64,000 nt of DNA, from NCBI GenBank assembly GCA_001600815.1, contig BCKZ01000002.1:434001-498000 (forward strand). The letters are read 5' to 3'. Of the stretch, positions 11,376 to 23,216 are shown in pieces. Under the pieces are notes generated by a model. The model did no database searches and was not told the DNA's origin. It saw nothing but the letters and a program-made list of their open reading frames with translations. The number at the start of each line of letters is the position of its first letter. Position 1 is the stretch's first letter. Both the position numbers and the translations under genes were made by a program. Source of the DNA: Alloascoidea hylecoeti (lineage: Eukaryota).

Positions 11376-13757
11376 TCACTCGGAATCCGACGGTATCGAA
11401 ATGACTTCGGCCGAACCCACTTTGGCCGAACCCACTTTGGCCTCGACTTCCGAATCGCTCTCGTCCCAATTGTCCTCCAAAATCGAATTCATCAGGTAGT
11501 CATGTCGGCGATTAGCTTTCATTTTTATTATTGAGGGATCCGGAGATCCATGCAGGGTCAACGGTATCACTTTTCTCGGGTTTATGTGATATTTTTCCGG
11601 AGAGCTAGTTAATTCTCTGGTTTGCCCCTTTTTGGGTGTTATGAAAGGACTGATAATCCTGTCCGGCGGAGGTGTTTCCCGAGAAAGAGAATCGTTTATT
11701 ATCCGGAGTTTGGGCGATTTGGGTGGATCCATTAGTTTAATAGTTGTAACTTTACGCGATGCAAAATATGAAGTTATTGTTGTTTGTCCTGGTGCTAATT
11801 TCTTGCTTCTCGTTCTCGTTCTCGTTTTCGTTTTCGTGTTCGCTTTCGCCTTTAACTGTAATCTCCAATATTCTACTAAATCAGGATTTAATACTTCCAT
11901 GACAGAAACTGGTATAAATTCTTCTAATTTAGATATCTTTTTACTTTCTTTTTCAATCTTTTCATAATAACTTTGAATTTCATCATCAATTGTTTTTATT
12001 TTTGTTTCTCTTCCTCTTTCGGATTTGCTTTTCCTATTATAACTTTGATTTATCACTTTACCATTGATAAAATCTTCAATTGTTTCAACCTTTTCATTTG
12101 GTAAATAATCTTTCATTAATAAATCTGTATTTATAATTGTTTTAAAAACTGAATATTTTAATCCATATATTATTTTATCTTTAATTTCGGATTTAATTTC
12201 AATTAATTTTGATAAATATGGATCTTTTGGAATTGTTTGATTTTTTAATATATTTAATAAATAAATTAATGAAAAATGTTTTTGAAAATATAATCCAATT
12301 GGTAAATTCCTACCAAAATATTGATTTTTTTGAAAAAATTCGGCTAATAATGTTAATTTTAAATTATCAATTGTGTGTGTATTTGTTGTTGATGTAATTG
12401 AATTTGTATTACTTAAACTATATTTCCATTTTTCTTTAAAATCTAAAATTTTATCATTATTTGATATAGATGGTTTTAAATATTTCATAATTATTGAATC
12501 TGATGGGAAATCATCAATTAAATTAATATTTGATACTTTTTTACCAAATATTAATTTATTTTTTGAATAATCTTTTAAATAATTATTTATTTTAAATTTC
12601 CAATTTAATAATTCATTTTCTCTTTTTATTTTATCATCATTATCATTAATATTATTTGAAGAAATATTTGCAATTGAATAAATTTTTTCAAATTCTTTAC
12701 ATATATTAATATTATCATTTTCATTTTTATATAATGATAATTTAACTGATCTAATAATTGATAAATTTAAAACTCCTGAATGATAATCACCACCAATAAA
12801 TAGACAAATTAATAAAAAATGAAATTTATTAATTTCTTCATCTTCATCTTCATCTTCATTTTTATTTAAATGATACTTTTCTTGGAAATATTTTGAAATA
12901 TTTTGAAAATTTATTGGTGTTACCCAATTATTTGTTGGATCCTTTTTTAAAAAACTATCTTCATTATTCGAATTTAAATTTGAATTATTATTTTCAAAAT
13001 CTTCAAAATCTTCAAAATCTTTACTTTTTTTTAGTTTTTTGGAAATTGTTGCACTTGATGGTCTATCATAAATAAAATGTGAATAATTTTTTAAAATCTT
13101 ATCACCGCCAAACATTAAAACATCAGAATCATTTGTCAATATAAAATCACAAATTTTTAAATTTAATAAATTAACACATTCTGCTTCTGCTTCACCTTCT
13201 GCTTCAAAATATTCAATACCTAATATTTTTAAAATTTCTTTAACTTGTTGAATATCTTTATTAAATTTATAATCTAATCGTTTTATTTTATCTTTATTAT
13301 TATTGCTAATATTAGGTTTTGTTTTTAAATCAAATTGTCTTTTTTCCCATGGTTTATCAATACCATCAAAAACTAATATAAATCCAATATTTAATGATAA
13401 TAAATTTTTAATTCTTTGAAATATGATTTGATAAGTATGCATTTTCCAATTATTATTATTTGATGACATTTGTCCTTCAAAAAGCCACATAAAAGCATCG
13501 ATTGCTATTATCATTGATCGAGAATGTTTTGAATGGAATTCCGATGAAAGAATTGGTAATGCTTTGATTTGATAATGGTTAATATCTAAGATTAGTTATA
13601 ATGTTTATGTTTATGTTTATTAGGGAGTAAAGATGACTTACGGATTCTTGGTTCATTTGCTTCAGAAACAACATCCCAAAGACTATTAAACATATAAGTT
13701 TGTATTTAACCCATATAAAGTAAATTTTAATAAAGAAACATACTGTGAAATTCCCAT
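11376..13757 (-). CDS. YEN1: XPG/Rad2-family Holliday junction resolvase Yen1/Gen1; spliced: exons 13757-13744, 13682-13642, 13561-11376 (746 aa)
   Basis: Introns GTATGT..TAG (13743-13683) and GTAAGT..AAG (13641-13562) restore MGISHLWDVVSEANEPRIPLP...IAIDAFMWLFE. XPG motifs LVFDG, GEAEAEC, TNDSDVLMFG and GGDYHSGV are present. Confidence 0.88.
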
Positions 13758-13933
13758 TTTAAAATAAGTATATAAATGAATGGTTCTTGGGGTCGGTATT
13801 AATGATTTGGTATAAAGGAGGTTGAAAGGTTTAGTCGAAAAAATAAGTTTTCAACACAAACACACATACAAAACATAAACACAAATATAAATTTACAACC
13901 CCTCATAATAATATTTTACAACTCCTTGATTAT

Positions 13934-14530
13934 ATGAGTATCCCCAAAACATCCCATACACTATATCCCAAACGATGGCTTTTATCAACAGGTGTCCCAA
14001 ATAGTGTTTGTAACGATAAACGACGTTTTCAAAATTATAAACCATTAAAACCGAATCAAACTCCAAAATTAGTTGATGCATTTGGTGGTATTGTCCCAAT
14101 ACTTGGTATAGGTGATGTTTTAATAAAAATTTATAATTCTTATAATGAATCTTTGGAAATTTTAGTCAAAGGTGTCTTTCATATAATTGGACAAGAAAAT
14201 ATATTACAATTACATTATTTATTAAGTAAAGGTGTTGGTTTTAAATATTCAAATGATCCAAATTCATCTACAAATAAAAATTCTAATGGAAATGGTAATG
14301 ATACAAAAGGAAATGATATGGCAATGTTATTTTCAATGAATGGTTATAATTTTTTATCAGTTCCACCAAATCCTAAAAATAAATTATTTTATTTTTATGA
14401 AGAAGGTTGTGATTTTTATGATAATATACCTGAAGGAGTTCATCAGATAAATACATTATTTATTGCTGATTCGGATCAAGATGGTGATGAGGATGATGAT
14501 CTATTTTCTTTTAATGAAACAGAAAATTAA
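13934..14530 (+). CDS. Stand-alone Ty1/copia protease-like (Pol beta-barrel) protein with catalytic Asp replaced (STG)
   Basis: WLLSTGVPNSVCNDKRRF..YKPL...VDAFGGIVPILGIGDV...LVKGVFHI.G.ENIL matches the copia protease pattern WxLD(S/T)GAxxHxCxDxxxF...GxGxV...LxxVxxVPxxxxNLxS; intact 198-aa ORF. Confidence 0.7.
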   Translation: MSIPKTSHTLYPKRWLLSTGVPNSVCNDKRRFQNYKPLKPNQTPKLVDAFGGIVPILGIGDVLIKIYNSYNESLEILVKGVFHIIGQENILQLHYLLSKGVGFKYSNDPNSSTNKNSNGNGNDTKGNDMAMLFSMNGYNFLSVPPNPKNKLFYFYEEGCDFYDNIPEGVHQINTLFIADSDQDGDEDDDLFSFNETEN

Positions 14531-14608
14531 AGATATATATCAATTTATATAAAAAATAAAAATTAAATTAAATTACACATGCTAATAGATTAGATAATAA
14601 TGTTATGA

Positions 14609-16081
14609 TTATTTCAGAAATAATAAATAATCTTTAGGATCATAATCTTCATTAGATAGCAAATTAAAACACTCGATAAAATAATTTACTAATGATAACA
14701 AAGTAAATTCCATTGAATTTCTATTAACACCTTGTTGGTCGTTTATCTCAATTTGATCTTTATTTAAATCATGATTAATTAAATCAGTCCATTTTAAAAA
14801 ATTCGTTTCAATTCTTTTAATTTTTAAATTTAAATCATCATTTAAATTTTCAAATTGAATAATTGGTATATTAATTTGAATTTTATCATTAATCTCATTA
14901 TCAATTATTAATCTAATAATTAATTCTTGTAATTGATTAGATATTAATAAATTATTTTGAAATAGATTTGTTTGTAATTGAATATTATTATGTAAATCTT
15001 CTTGTTCTTCATCTATACTAGTATCTGGGGTTGTTGAGGATGATGATGGAATGATATTACATCTGATTGAATAGATTGTTTTTTCATCTGTTTTTTCATA
15101 AATTGATATTGTTTCTCCAAGGTGATGTTCAAGAGATTTCATTTCATTAATAAGTTCTTGATCGATGTGATTCTTTTTCTTTTTCTGTTTATTTTTAGCT
15201 TTGGTTTTGGGTTTCGATATATTTGAATCATTAGTTTTATTACTATTATTAGATTTATTAACTGATGGTGAAAATTTATCAGTTGATGTTGATGCAGATT
15301 TATCAGTTAATAATGAAGATCTATTATTTTTCAATTTAACAAATTTTATCGTTTCTCTTTTCTCCTCACTTAAAAATCTATCTAAATTATCATCTAATTT
15401 TTTCATCATTGTAATTAATCCATTACCTTTTCTTAATCTTCTTTTTAAAATTAATTCATTAACTTCTTTAACAATATCATTAAAACCAAAATCAATATTT
15501 AATGAATAACCTTTTGGTATATCATTATTTAATGTTGTTAATCTTACTAAATTATCATTATTTGAAGTACTTGTAGAAATATTTGAAATATTTTTTGGAA
15601 TTTTTGGATATGATGATGGTATAAATAAATTAAATTTCAATTTTGAAATATCATATGGGAAATCAGGATCAGATGGTGTTAATTCAAATAAAATTGATAG
15701 AACATCAGATTCTAAATTTATCGCATCTTGCATATGATCTTTAGATTCTATTAATTCATTTTTTAAATTTGTATAAGAAGTATAATTTATAATTTCATAT
15801 TCATTTATTTTTAATGGTTTTAAATGTTTAAAAAGTTTTGATAATTCTATTGTTCTTGCAGATAATTTTGGTTTATTTTGGTTTTGTGTTTGCGTTTCTT
15901 TGTTTTTACTTTCATTTTCATTTTTATGTTCATTTGTATTTGTATTTGTATTTGTATTTGTATTTTTATTTCTATTTTTATTTTTATTTTTATTTCTATA
16001 CCTTTTATTAGATTTATTTGACAGTTGGGGTTCTGTAGTAGTAGACATATTTGATGGTGTGTAAATGGTGATGGAACACAA
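14609..16081 (-). CDS. Conserved fungal hypothetical protein with PSDPDFP (RWD-like) motif; likely start 16048
   Basis: 490-aa ORF; FELTPSDPDFPYDISKLKFNLFIPSSYP...NDIPKGYSLNIDFGF...LDDNLDRFLSEEKRETIKFV recalls a fungal RWD-like family. Confidence 0.65.
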   Translation of the reverse strand: MCSITIYTPSNMSTTTEPQLSNKSNKRYRNKNKNKNRNKNTNTNTNTNTNEHKNENESKNKETQTQNQNKPKLSARTIELSKLFKHLKPLKINEYEIINYTSYTNLKNELIESKDHMQDAINLESDVLSILFELTPSDPDFPYDISKLKFNLFIPSSYPKIPKNISNISTSTSNNDNLVRLTTLNNDIPKGYSLNIDFGFNDIVKEVNELILKRRLRKGNGLITMMKKLDDNLDRFLSEEKRETIKFVKLKNNRSSLLTDKSASTSTDKFSPSVNKSNNSNKTNDSNISKPKTKAKNKQKKKKNHIDQELINEMKSLEHHLGETISIYEKTDEKTIYSIRCNIIPSSSSTTPDTSIDEEQEDLHNNIQLQTNLFQNNLLISNQLQELIIRLIIDNEINDKIQINIPIIQFENLNDDLNLKIKRIETNFLKWTDLINHDLNKDQIEINDQQGVNRNSMEFTLLSLVNYFIECFNLLSNEDYDPKDYLLFLK

Positions 16082-16127
16082 GAAGATTTAAACATTATAT
16101 ACAGACAAGAAATAGACCAATCAGAGG

Positions 16128-16637
16128 TCACGACTCATTTTTACTCATATCCCCCATCTTTTTAACGTTTATCAATAGTTTTCTCATCTCCAAAATCTCG
16201 TCATTTTCCTGCTTATCAGACTCATTTACATTTTCAGCTAAATTTCTATATTTTCTTTTTTTCTTCTTTTCACTACTAGATTTTTTTTCATGCTTTAATT
16301 GTTTAATTATACCTAATCTACTATTTTCAGGATCATTCAATTCTTGTAATTTCATTGCTAAGATTGATCTCGCATGTTTTCTGTTTTGATCTCTCGACCG
16401 GGTCGCCTGTGACGATACAACGATTCCTGTGGGTAAATGGGTTAATTGTACTTTACTGTTTGTTTTATTGATCTTTTGTCCTCCCTTACCACCGCCTTTT
16501 ATGAAGACTTCAGTGATTTCATCTTCATTTATTTTGGGTCGTGGAGGTAACGGATTTTTCAACAGGATTGGATTTGTGTGGAAAAGGGATTTCAGGCTAA
16601 TTATTGGTATTTTGAGTATTTTTGTGGGTTGTAGCAT
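16128..16637 (-). CDS. RSO55: Mitochondrial codon-independent peptide release factor homolog (C12orf65/MTRFR, yeast Rso55/Pth3)
   Basis: Presequence-like N-terminus, LPPRPKI.E.EI.E.FIKGGGKGGQKINKTNSKVQLTHLPTGIVV..QATRSRDQNR, basic C-tail. Confidence 0.88.
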   Translation of the reverse strand: MLQPTKILKIPIISLKSLFHTNPILLKNPLPPRPKINEDEITEVFIKGGGKGGQKINKTNSKVQLTHLPTGIVVSSQATRSRDQNRKHARSILAMKLQELNDPENSRLGIIKQLKHEKKSSSEKKKKRKYRNLAENVNESDKQENDEILEMRKLLINVKKMGDMSKNES

Positions 16638-16869
16638 TTGTGGGTTGTGTTTAATTTAGTTTACAATGATATTTACGATGATTACGATGGATCAACAATG
16701 AAAGAAATTTAAGGTCGCGAACAAGGTTTCCGGATAAGGTTTCCGAACCCGTCCGAAAAGCCCCAAACTGAGTAATTCTGCAGCTGTGATGCGTAAAAGA
16801 CGCAGCGAAACAGCTCAAGAAATCGACGATCTCCTGCTTTTCCCGACCAAAACGTCGAAAAAACCGCAA

Positions 16870-17045
16870 TCTCGAGACTCGGTCATCCGTACACCCTACC
16901 CACGCCCACGGCGCCTGATTGGCTGGATCGGGCTTCCGTCTCCTCCCGCGTGGTGTCCCGCATAAACCCGGGGCTGGATTACATAACACACACATATACC
17001 CCACAAATCTGGAAAAGTCTTCAGACTCCTTCAGAGTATAAATAA
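16870..17045 (+). promoter_or_regulatory. PCK1 promoter: Mig1/CreA sites, CCAAT box, CSRE-like element, TATA
   Basis: ATAAACCCGGGG 16962-16973 fits the Mig1 consensus WWWWWN-SYGGGG; CCCCAC 16999-17004; CTGATTGGCT 16915-16924; CTCGGTCATCCG 16878-16889 (10/12 to YCCRTTNRNCCG); TATAAATA 17037-17044. Confidence 0.55.
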
Positions 17046-17120
17046 ACAGCAATTTCTCTTTTCCTTTTTCTCCCATTCTCTTTGTCAATTGTCTTTTGTC
17101 ATTTATAGAACTATTCAATC

Positions 17121-18782
17121 ATGGCTCCTGCTGTTAACATTACTAAACTCCACCCACAAGGTGTTGAACCTCAATCCGAAGTCGAAGAGACTTTGTACAG
17201 AAGTGCCCACATCGACTACTCAAAAGTTCACATCACCCATAATCCTTCTGTTCCTCAATTATATGAAGATGCTTTGGTCCACGAACATGGCTCTGCTATC
17301 AACTCAACTGGTGCTTTAGTCGCCTCTTCTGGTGCTAAGACTGGTCGTTCTCCAAAGGACAAGCGTGTTGTTGATGAGCCTTCATCTGCAAAGCACGTTT
17401 GGTGGGGACCTGTCAATACAAAACTTTCTCCACAAGCTTGGGAAATCAACAGAGAACGTGCTATTGACTACTTAAACACAAAAGATAGAATTTACGTTGT
17501 TGATGCCTTTGCTGGTTGGGATCCTAAATATAGATTAAAGGTTAGAGTTGTCTGCGCAAGAGCTTACCATGCTTTATTTATGAGAAATATGTTGATTCGT
17601 CCAACCGCTGAAGAATTGGCTAATTTTGGTAAACCAGATTTCGTCATTTACAACGGTGGTGGTTTCCCTGCAAACAGATTCACAACTGGTATGACTTCTT
17701 CTACCAGTGTTGATATCAATTTCGCTGCTATGGAAATGGTTATCTTAGGTACTGAATATGCTGGTGAAATGAAGAAAGGTATCTTGACCGTTATGTTTTA
17801 CTTACAACCTGTTGTTTATAACAATTTAACTTTACACTCTTCTGCAAATGAAGGTGAAAATGGTGATGTCACTTTATTCTTCGGTTTATCTGGTACTGGT
17901 AAAACTACTTTATCTGCTGATCCACATAGATATTTGATCGGTGATGATGAACATGTCTGGACTAGTGAAGGTGTTTTCAACATTGAAGGTGGTTGTTACG
18001 CTAAATGTTTAGATTTATCTGGTGAAAAGGAACCTGATATTTTCAATGCTATTAAATTTGGTTCCGTCTTAGAAAACGTTGTTTTTGACCCATCCACAAG
18101 AGAAGTCGACTATGAAGATTCTACTTTAACTGAAAACACAAGAGTTTCTTACCCAATTGAATACATTCCAAATGCTAAGATCCCATGTTTCTCAAACCAT
18201 CACCCAACAAATATTATCTTATTGACTTGTGATGCTCGTGGTGTCTTACCTCCAATTTCAAGATTAACTCCTGAACAAGTTATGTATCAATTCATTTCTG
18301 GTTATACTTCAAAGATGGCTGGTACTGAAGAAGGTGTCACTGAACCAGAAGCTACTTTCTCCGCATGTTTCGGTCAACCATTCTTAGTCTTACATCCTAT
18401 TAAATATGCTCAATTATTAGCTGAAAAAATGAAGGAACATAAATCAAATGCCTGGTTGTTAAACACTGGTTGGACCGGTCAATCTGTTGCCAATGGTGGT
18501 AAGAGATGTCCATTGAAATACACTCGTGCTATTTTAGATTCTATTCACTCTGGTGAATTAGCCAAAGCAACTTTTGAAAACTTTGATGTTTTCAACTTTG
18601 CTATCCCAACAACTATCCCTGGTTCAACTGTTCCAAGAAATATCTTAAATCCAAAAATTGGCTGGAAAGGTGATGATTTCAGTACTGAAGTTTCTAAATT
18701 GGGTCAATTATTTGCTGAAAACTTTGAAAACTACATTGATCAAGCAACTCCTGATGTTATTGCCGCTGGTCCTAAGTTTTAA
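17121..18782 (+). CDS. PCK1: Phosphoenolpyruvate carboxykinase (ATP)
   Basis: [53 protein letters not shown]; strong codon bias. Confidence 0.99.
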   Translation: MAPAVNITKLHPQGVEPQSEVEETLYRSAHIDYSKVHITHNPSVPQLYEDALVHEHGSAINSTGALVASSGAKTGRSPKDKRVVDEPSSAKHVWWGPVNTKLSPQAWEINRERAIDYLNTKDRIYVVDAFAGWDPKYRLKVRVVCARAYHALFMRNMLIRPTAEELANFGKPDFVIYNGGGFPANRFTTGMTSSTSVDINFAAMEMVILGTEYAGEMKKGILTVMFYLQPVVYNNLTLHSSANEGENGDVTLFFGLSGTGKTTLSADPHRYLIGDDEHVWTSEGVFNIEGGCYAKCLDLSGEKEPDIFNAIKFGSVLENVVFDPSTREVDYEDSTLTENTRVSYPIEYIPNAKIPCFSNHHPTNIILLTCDARGVLPPISRLTPEQVMYQFISGYTSKMAGTEEGVTEPEATFSACFGQPFLVLHPIKYAQLLAEKMKEHKSNAWLLNTGWTGQSVANGGKRCPLKYTRAILDSIHSGELAKATFENFDVFNFAIPTTIPGSTVPRNILNPKIGWKGDDFSTEVSKLGQLFAENFENYIDQATPDVIAAGPKF

Positions 18783-19989
18783 ATAACCAAAAAAAGCTTG
18801 CACATAAAGAGAAGAAAGATTTGAAAAGATTTATTATTATAGATCTAGAGTTTACATTTCTTATATTAATCCACATCTTTATCTGGATTATAGAGATTAC
18901 AAGGGAAATAAAAGATAAAAGAAAAAAAAACAATAAAAAACCAGTATAAACTTGTCCTTTCTTTTAAATATACATGTTGTTTTGAAAAAAGAATTGGTTT
19001 TCTATTTTTGTTAATTTAATGATGATTTGTATTGAGTTTAATAATTTTTAATAAAAAATTTGAATAAATTTATGACATAAAATATAAAGTGTAATTTCTT
19101 GATAAAGCTTCTAATTATAATTATTTGCCTTTAACAAAGAACATAATTAATTATGTTGAGAGTCAATTTAGGATAGAGAGTTGTAGATTTACATTGAATT
19201 ATAGGTGATGATGTATTAATCGGATCATATCTTGATATAATTAATCAAATTTAGCTTCGATTTTGAAAAACTCATGCATTTATGGTATCATGATTCATGA
19301 TGAATCATTGATGATTCTTCTTCTTACCTTCTCTCAAGTATGAACTTGTACAATTATCATAAGATTAAAAAGTATTTACGATATCTCAATGCGTACGAAA
19401 ATGAATATTAATTGATAAGGATACAAGAACATTAATTATAATGTTATCTATAGCTAATCAAAAAAAAAAATTTAAATTCCAAAGCTAGTGCTATATAGCT
19501 AGCATTGGATCAATCAATGTCAAAATTATGGGAGTCTTATTTTTTTTTTTAAAAATATATATTTGAAAAGTTGGATTATAAAAGGGTAGAACGTCAAAAC
19601 AATTACATAGAAGATCTAAATTTAAACTATTAAGGTACCGGTGATAACTTATAAGTGCATAAGTTGCTATAAACGCATAAATAGCCAGTCAGAGCAAAGG
19701 GATTTTCAGTATTTTAATAATACATGTAGGTTCCATTAACGCTCAGTACGGCTAGGATTATGTATTATCTCAACTAACAGTATCACCCTCTCTATTAGGA
19801 CAGAAACCTAGCCCCAATTAGGGTTTTTGATAGTCAATGGGAAAACTACCTCCAGAAAACCTCTGTCAGGTAGACCTGTCAAATGATTTAGAACCCACAG
19901 GAGTCTGTGCTTGACTTTTAATGAGGGTCGTCCTTTGAGAAACGTTCGGGTCAGGCTTACTGTTATATTAGATAGTAACAGTTCGGGTT

Positions 19990-21075
19990 GCTTTGTTCCT
20001 TAATTATAATAATCTTGTTGGGTACGGAATCTACCGGATTTTTATAACGTACGGCGGTTTGGATGTGTGATTCATGGAACGAACGATTTGTTTCTAAATG
20101 AGTATAAAATATAATTGAATTTGTCGGTGGAATCCTGGTCTTTTTGGTGCATTCGAAGTTGCTCATGCTCTATATGAAGACAATACTTTAAAGGGGCTTA
20201 TCATGATCACAGGTTTGGAAAATCCATTACAACTGCAATTGGAGGTTCAAATTAAAACTTATGATCCTCACAGCTAGAAAAATTTATGGTAAACATACGT
20301 GTATATGGCGAAAATAAATTTCAAAGCTTGTGAAGACAAAAAAATCATGTTTCGAAAGGCTATCACCAGTACTATCATAATGAATGAGTTGTCTTCTGTA
20401 TTCATTGCCACTATTCGAACTGCTTACACTTTCGGAAACATGAAAGGAACAATATAATCATCTCAAATCATATGCATGTGATGACAAGTCTTGATCAGTT
20501 GAGATTTTTATTAAAAACCCCACAACTTAGATTCTCATCATCAGAGGTATTGGATAAACTACCATCCCCTAAACTGTGAATATAAGAGAGATAGTAACTA
20601 CGAGATCCGGCTCGAGAAATATTTCTTCATCCCCATCTTTCATGTCAAATCGCTTTTGTTTCGACGTGAAAGAAATTTTTTACTATAGAGTTGAGCCACT
20701 GCGGTGACTGTGGGTGATAACAGCTTCATATTTGGATTCTAAAGATAAAATCTAGTGGATTAATTGGAAAGAGTCATGGAGGAGCAGATACACTGGGTTG
20801 TGGATTGGCATATAAGTTTCTTACTATGTGTGACCCATTAGTATTGTAAAGATTTGAGATTACTTAGCTAGCTTGTAGCAGAGAAAGGCCCCAGGTCTAC
20901 AGGTGCCCTAATACGGCTGGTACTTCTTCCCACTTTATCGATTTGAAATTGCTGCATCGAGTTTCCACTCATCAATATCCCAGTCTCCTATAGGATCTGA
21001 TGAAGTCATGTTCAAGATGCGAAAGATGATGTTTATGTTTATATCCTTGACTACAAAACTGAATACTTCTGTAGC
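19990..21075 (+). mobile_element. Decayed Ty3/gypsy pol relic (RT - RNase H - integrase zinc finger)
   Basis: Frameshifted fragments in gypsy order: LYM-D-NTLKG (~20170, YxDD-like), LDQLRFLLKTPQLR (~20490), SNYE..LEK...HVKSLLF (~20595-20660), IGKSHGGADTL (20763), KDDVYVYILDYKT (~21022). Confidence 0.5.
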
Positions 21076-22189
21076 CGAATATGTTGAAAGAATGATGCTC
21101 TTTTTCTACGCTACATATATAATTTCCTGACTACAAACAATTTAATTAAGGAAATCACTCAAAGAGTGAAACGTATTCTTATTTATAAAACTTTATATTT
21201 CTTAAGCTTTTTCTTCCCTTTTTGACAAGATTATTTATAGTTTTAAATTTTTTTTTATTGCTTGAAATGTGCCCATATTAAAGTTTCCCAGTTTATTTCA
21301 TTTAACTTTTGTGACGGTGGTCCTTGCTGATAATGTGCGTATCTTATACTCTTTAATTCCTATGCCTTGTCTATAAATTGTGCCTTCTCTTCTATATTTT
21401 TTTCCTTTGATTTCTAAAAAAAAGGTACCGGTATAGTTGATAAAGTTCTAAGTGCCTGTTTCTCCCAGTTACCCCCAAAAAGCTAATTGGCCTCTTGTGA
21501 ATTGTTCTAAGGGTGGTATAATATCCAACATAAGCTGTAAAAAATATTAATTGTAGGTCAATGTTCTGTAGTCTTTGAGTTAATAATCAAAAGAGAAAAG
21601 ACAACGTCAAAAAAAATCACCAAGACCTCGAACCACAAATTTTCAAGATAATTAACCGACATTAATAATACTTCATATAGCCTAGAATATACTATTCGAC
21701 TGAAAGTATCGCATTCATTTTCAACTCCTTAAGCCTTCATTTCATCATCCAGCTATAGCGCTGCGGTGAACGTTCATTATAATTTAATTTAAACACATCA
21801 CCATCTTTTAATAATGATAATCTAGTAAGTCGTTCATGCTAGTTATTTCGTATTAATAACTCATTCTTATGATTTTATATATTCTCCTCCAACAAAGTTC
21901 GTGCTGTTGACTAGTTGTGGCCATTTTAGACATCCTTAAACTTCCAGCCATGCAGCCCTCATCTTGTTCAAAATAAATATGTGGAACTCTAAAGCGCAAT
22001 ACCTATAAGTATGATCATCTCTGGAAATCCTGCAGCTGAGATTAAACCTATAGCTATTGTTATATAGATCCAATATACCTTTCCTCTTAAAATGCTTTGC
22101 TTTGCTCTTTGGCCATGGGCAGTTGAAAAAAAGAAGCTTCTGCAGCCGGCCATCATAATTAAGTATGATTACACGTTAATGAAACGCTA

Positions 22190-22740
22190 GTACCATTGGT
22201 TAGGATGATGTCAGCCACCCTTCGTAAGAGGGAAAATTAATATTCAAAAGGCAAGCTTAATTTTATCGAATGTTGGATTGAAACCTAATTATAGCATGTT
22301 AAGCTTTAGAGAAATATTCGAAAGACTGCAGCTCGTATATTATGTCCCTTACAAGTCTGGACTCTGTAGACTAAAAAGCGTTTGGCCATAGAAAAGCCAT
22401 ATGTATGGTCACTGGTCAGTAACAACCTCTTGAGCTTTCAGAAAATAGATCTTATTACTAAGAGAAAAGAGCACGTTTTAAAAAATTGATTAATGCACAT
22501 GAATAAAATTTTGCCAATTTATGTGGGCAGTTGTATCTCGCGATCCCTAGATCGACTATCGCAATTTCTCCTATAACTGAATCTTCCACAAGTTACAACA
22601 AAAATTGGTAATACATTATAATAAGATATAGAAACAATCTTAGGTGATCCATTATAGACCAAGCAACATTGATTGGGTATATCAGAAACCCAAATGATCG
22701 CGACATTGTAATAAAGCTTAGTTATAAGAAATATGCATCA
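22190..22740 (-). mobile_element. Decayed Ty1/copia RT-end/RNase H relic
   Basis: YPINVAWSIMDHLRLFLYL (cf. P...HW.A.KR.LRYL), DR..TT, IF*KLKR (cf. ISWxSKKQ), SKA*HAIIRFQ..IR (cf. TKHIDIRYHFIR), VADIILT, all in correct order. Confidence 0.6.
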
Positions 22741-23165
22741 AAAGAGAAATATAAATTTCCCAAAAAGCAATATTAGAGGGTCAAACAACAAATGTGGATA
22801 ATAATGGATGTGTGCATTATGCAAAAATATTCGAATTCTTCAAAAATATGGGGAGATTCTTTTAATTATGTAAAATGTTCAAATTAATAATTATGTAAGA
22901 AATAAATGTAAAAAATAACAAATGCAATATAAGATCTTATATGTATATTATGTAGTGTAACATACTATTTTTCTTGCGACCAGCGAAAATAGCCCTTATA
23001 TAACTTATAGGTTCATATAATATGTAAAACCCACAACTTATTATTCTTGAAACAGGCCTGGGAATAATACTTTTTTTCCAAAAATAAACTGTATAATTAT
23101 ATGGTCAACTTTTCATTTAAAATACACACGAACTACTTCCGGAAACATGCAAAATAATATACAGA

Positions 23166-23216
23166 TACTGTATTTTCACTTAATATCGGACACTTGAAGC
23201 ACTAAATATTCTGACA
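23166..23216 (+). repeat. Dispersed repeat copy 1; probable pogo/Tc1-mariner terminal inverted repeat
   Basis: 44/51 identical to 41606-41656, including a 24-bp exact core TTTTCACTTAATATCGGACACTTG; starts after TA. Confidence 0.7.

Noticed and set aside
10888..11469. Several overlapping ORFs in the GC island
   Set aside because: Stop-codon scarcity in GC-rich DNA; they are shadows of the two real minus-strand genes
16651..17118. 155-aa minus ORF
   Set aside because: Spans the GC-rich divergent RSO55/PCK1 promoter; no protein-like features
19200..19320. Possible C/D snoRNA (GTGATGA and ATGATGA boxes)
   Set aside because: No properly placed CTGA D box or terminal stem
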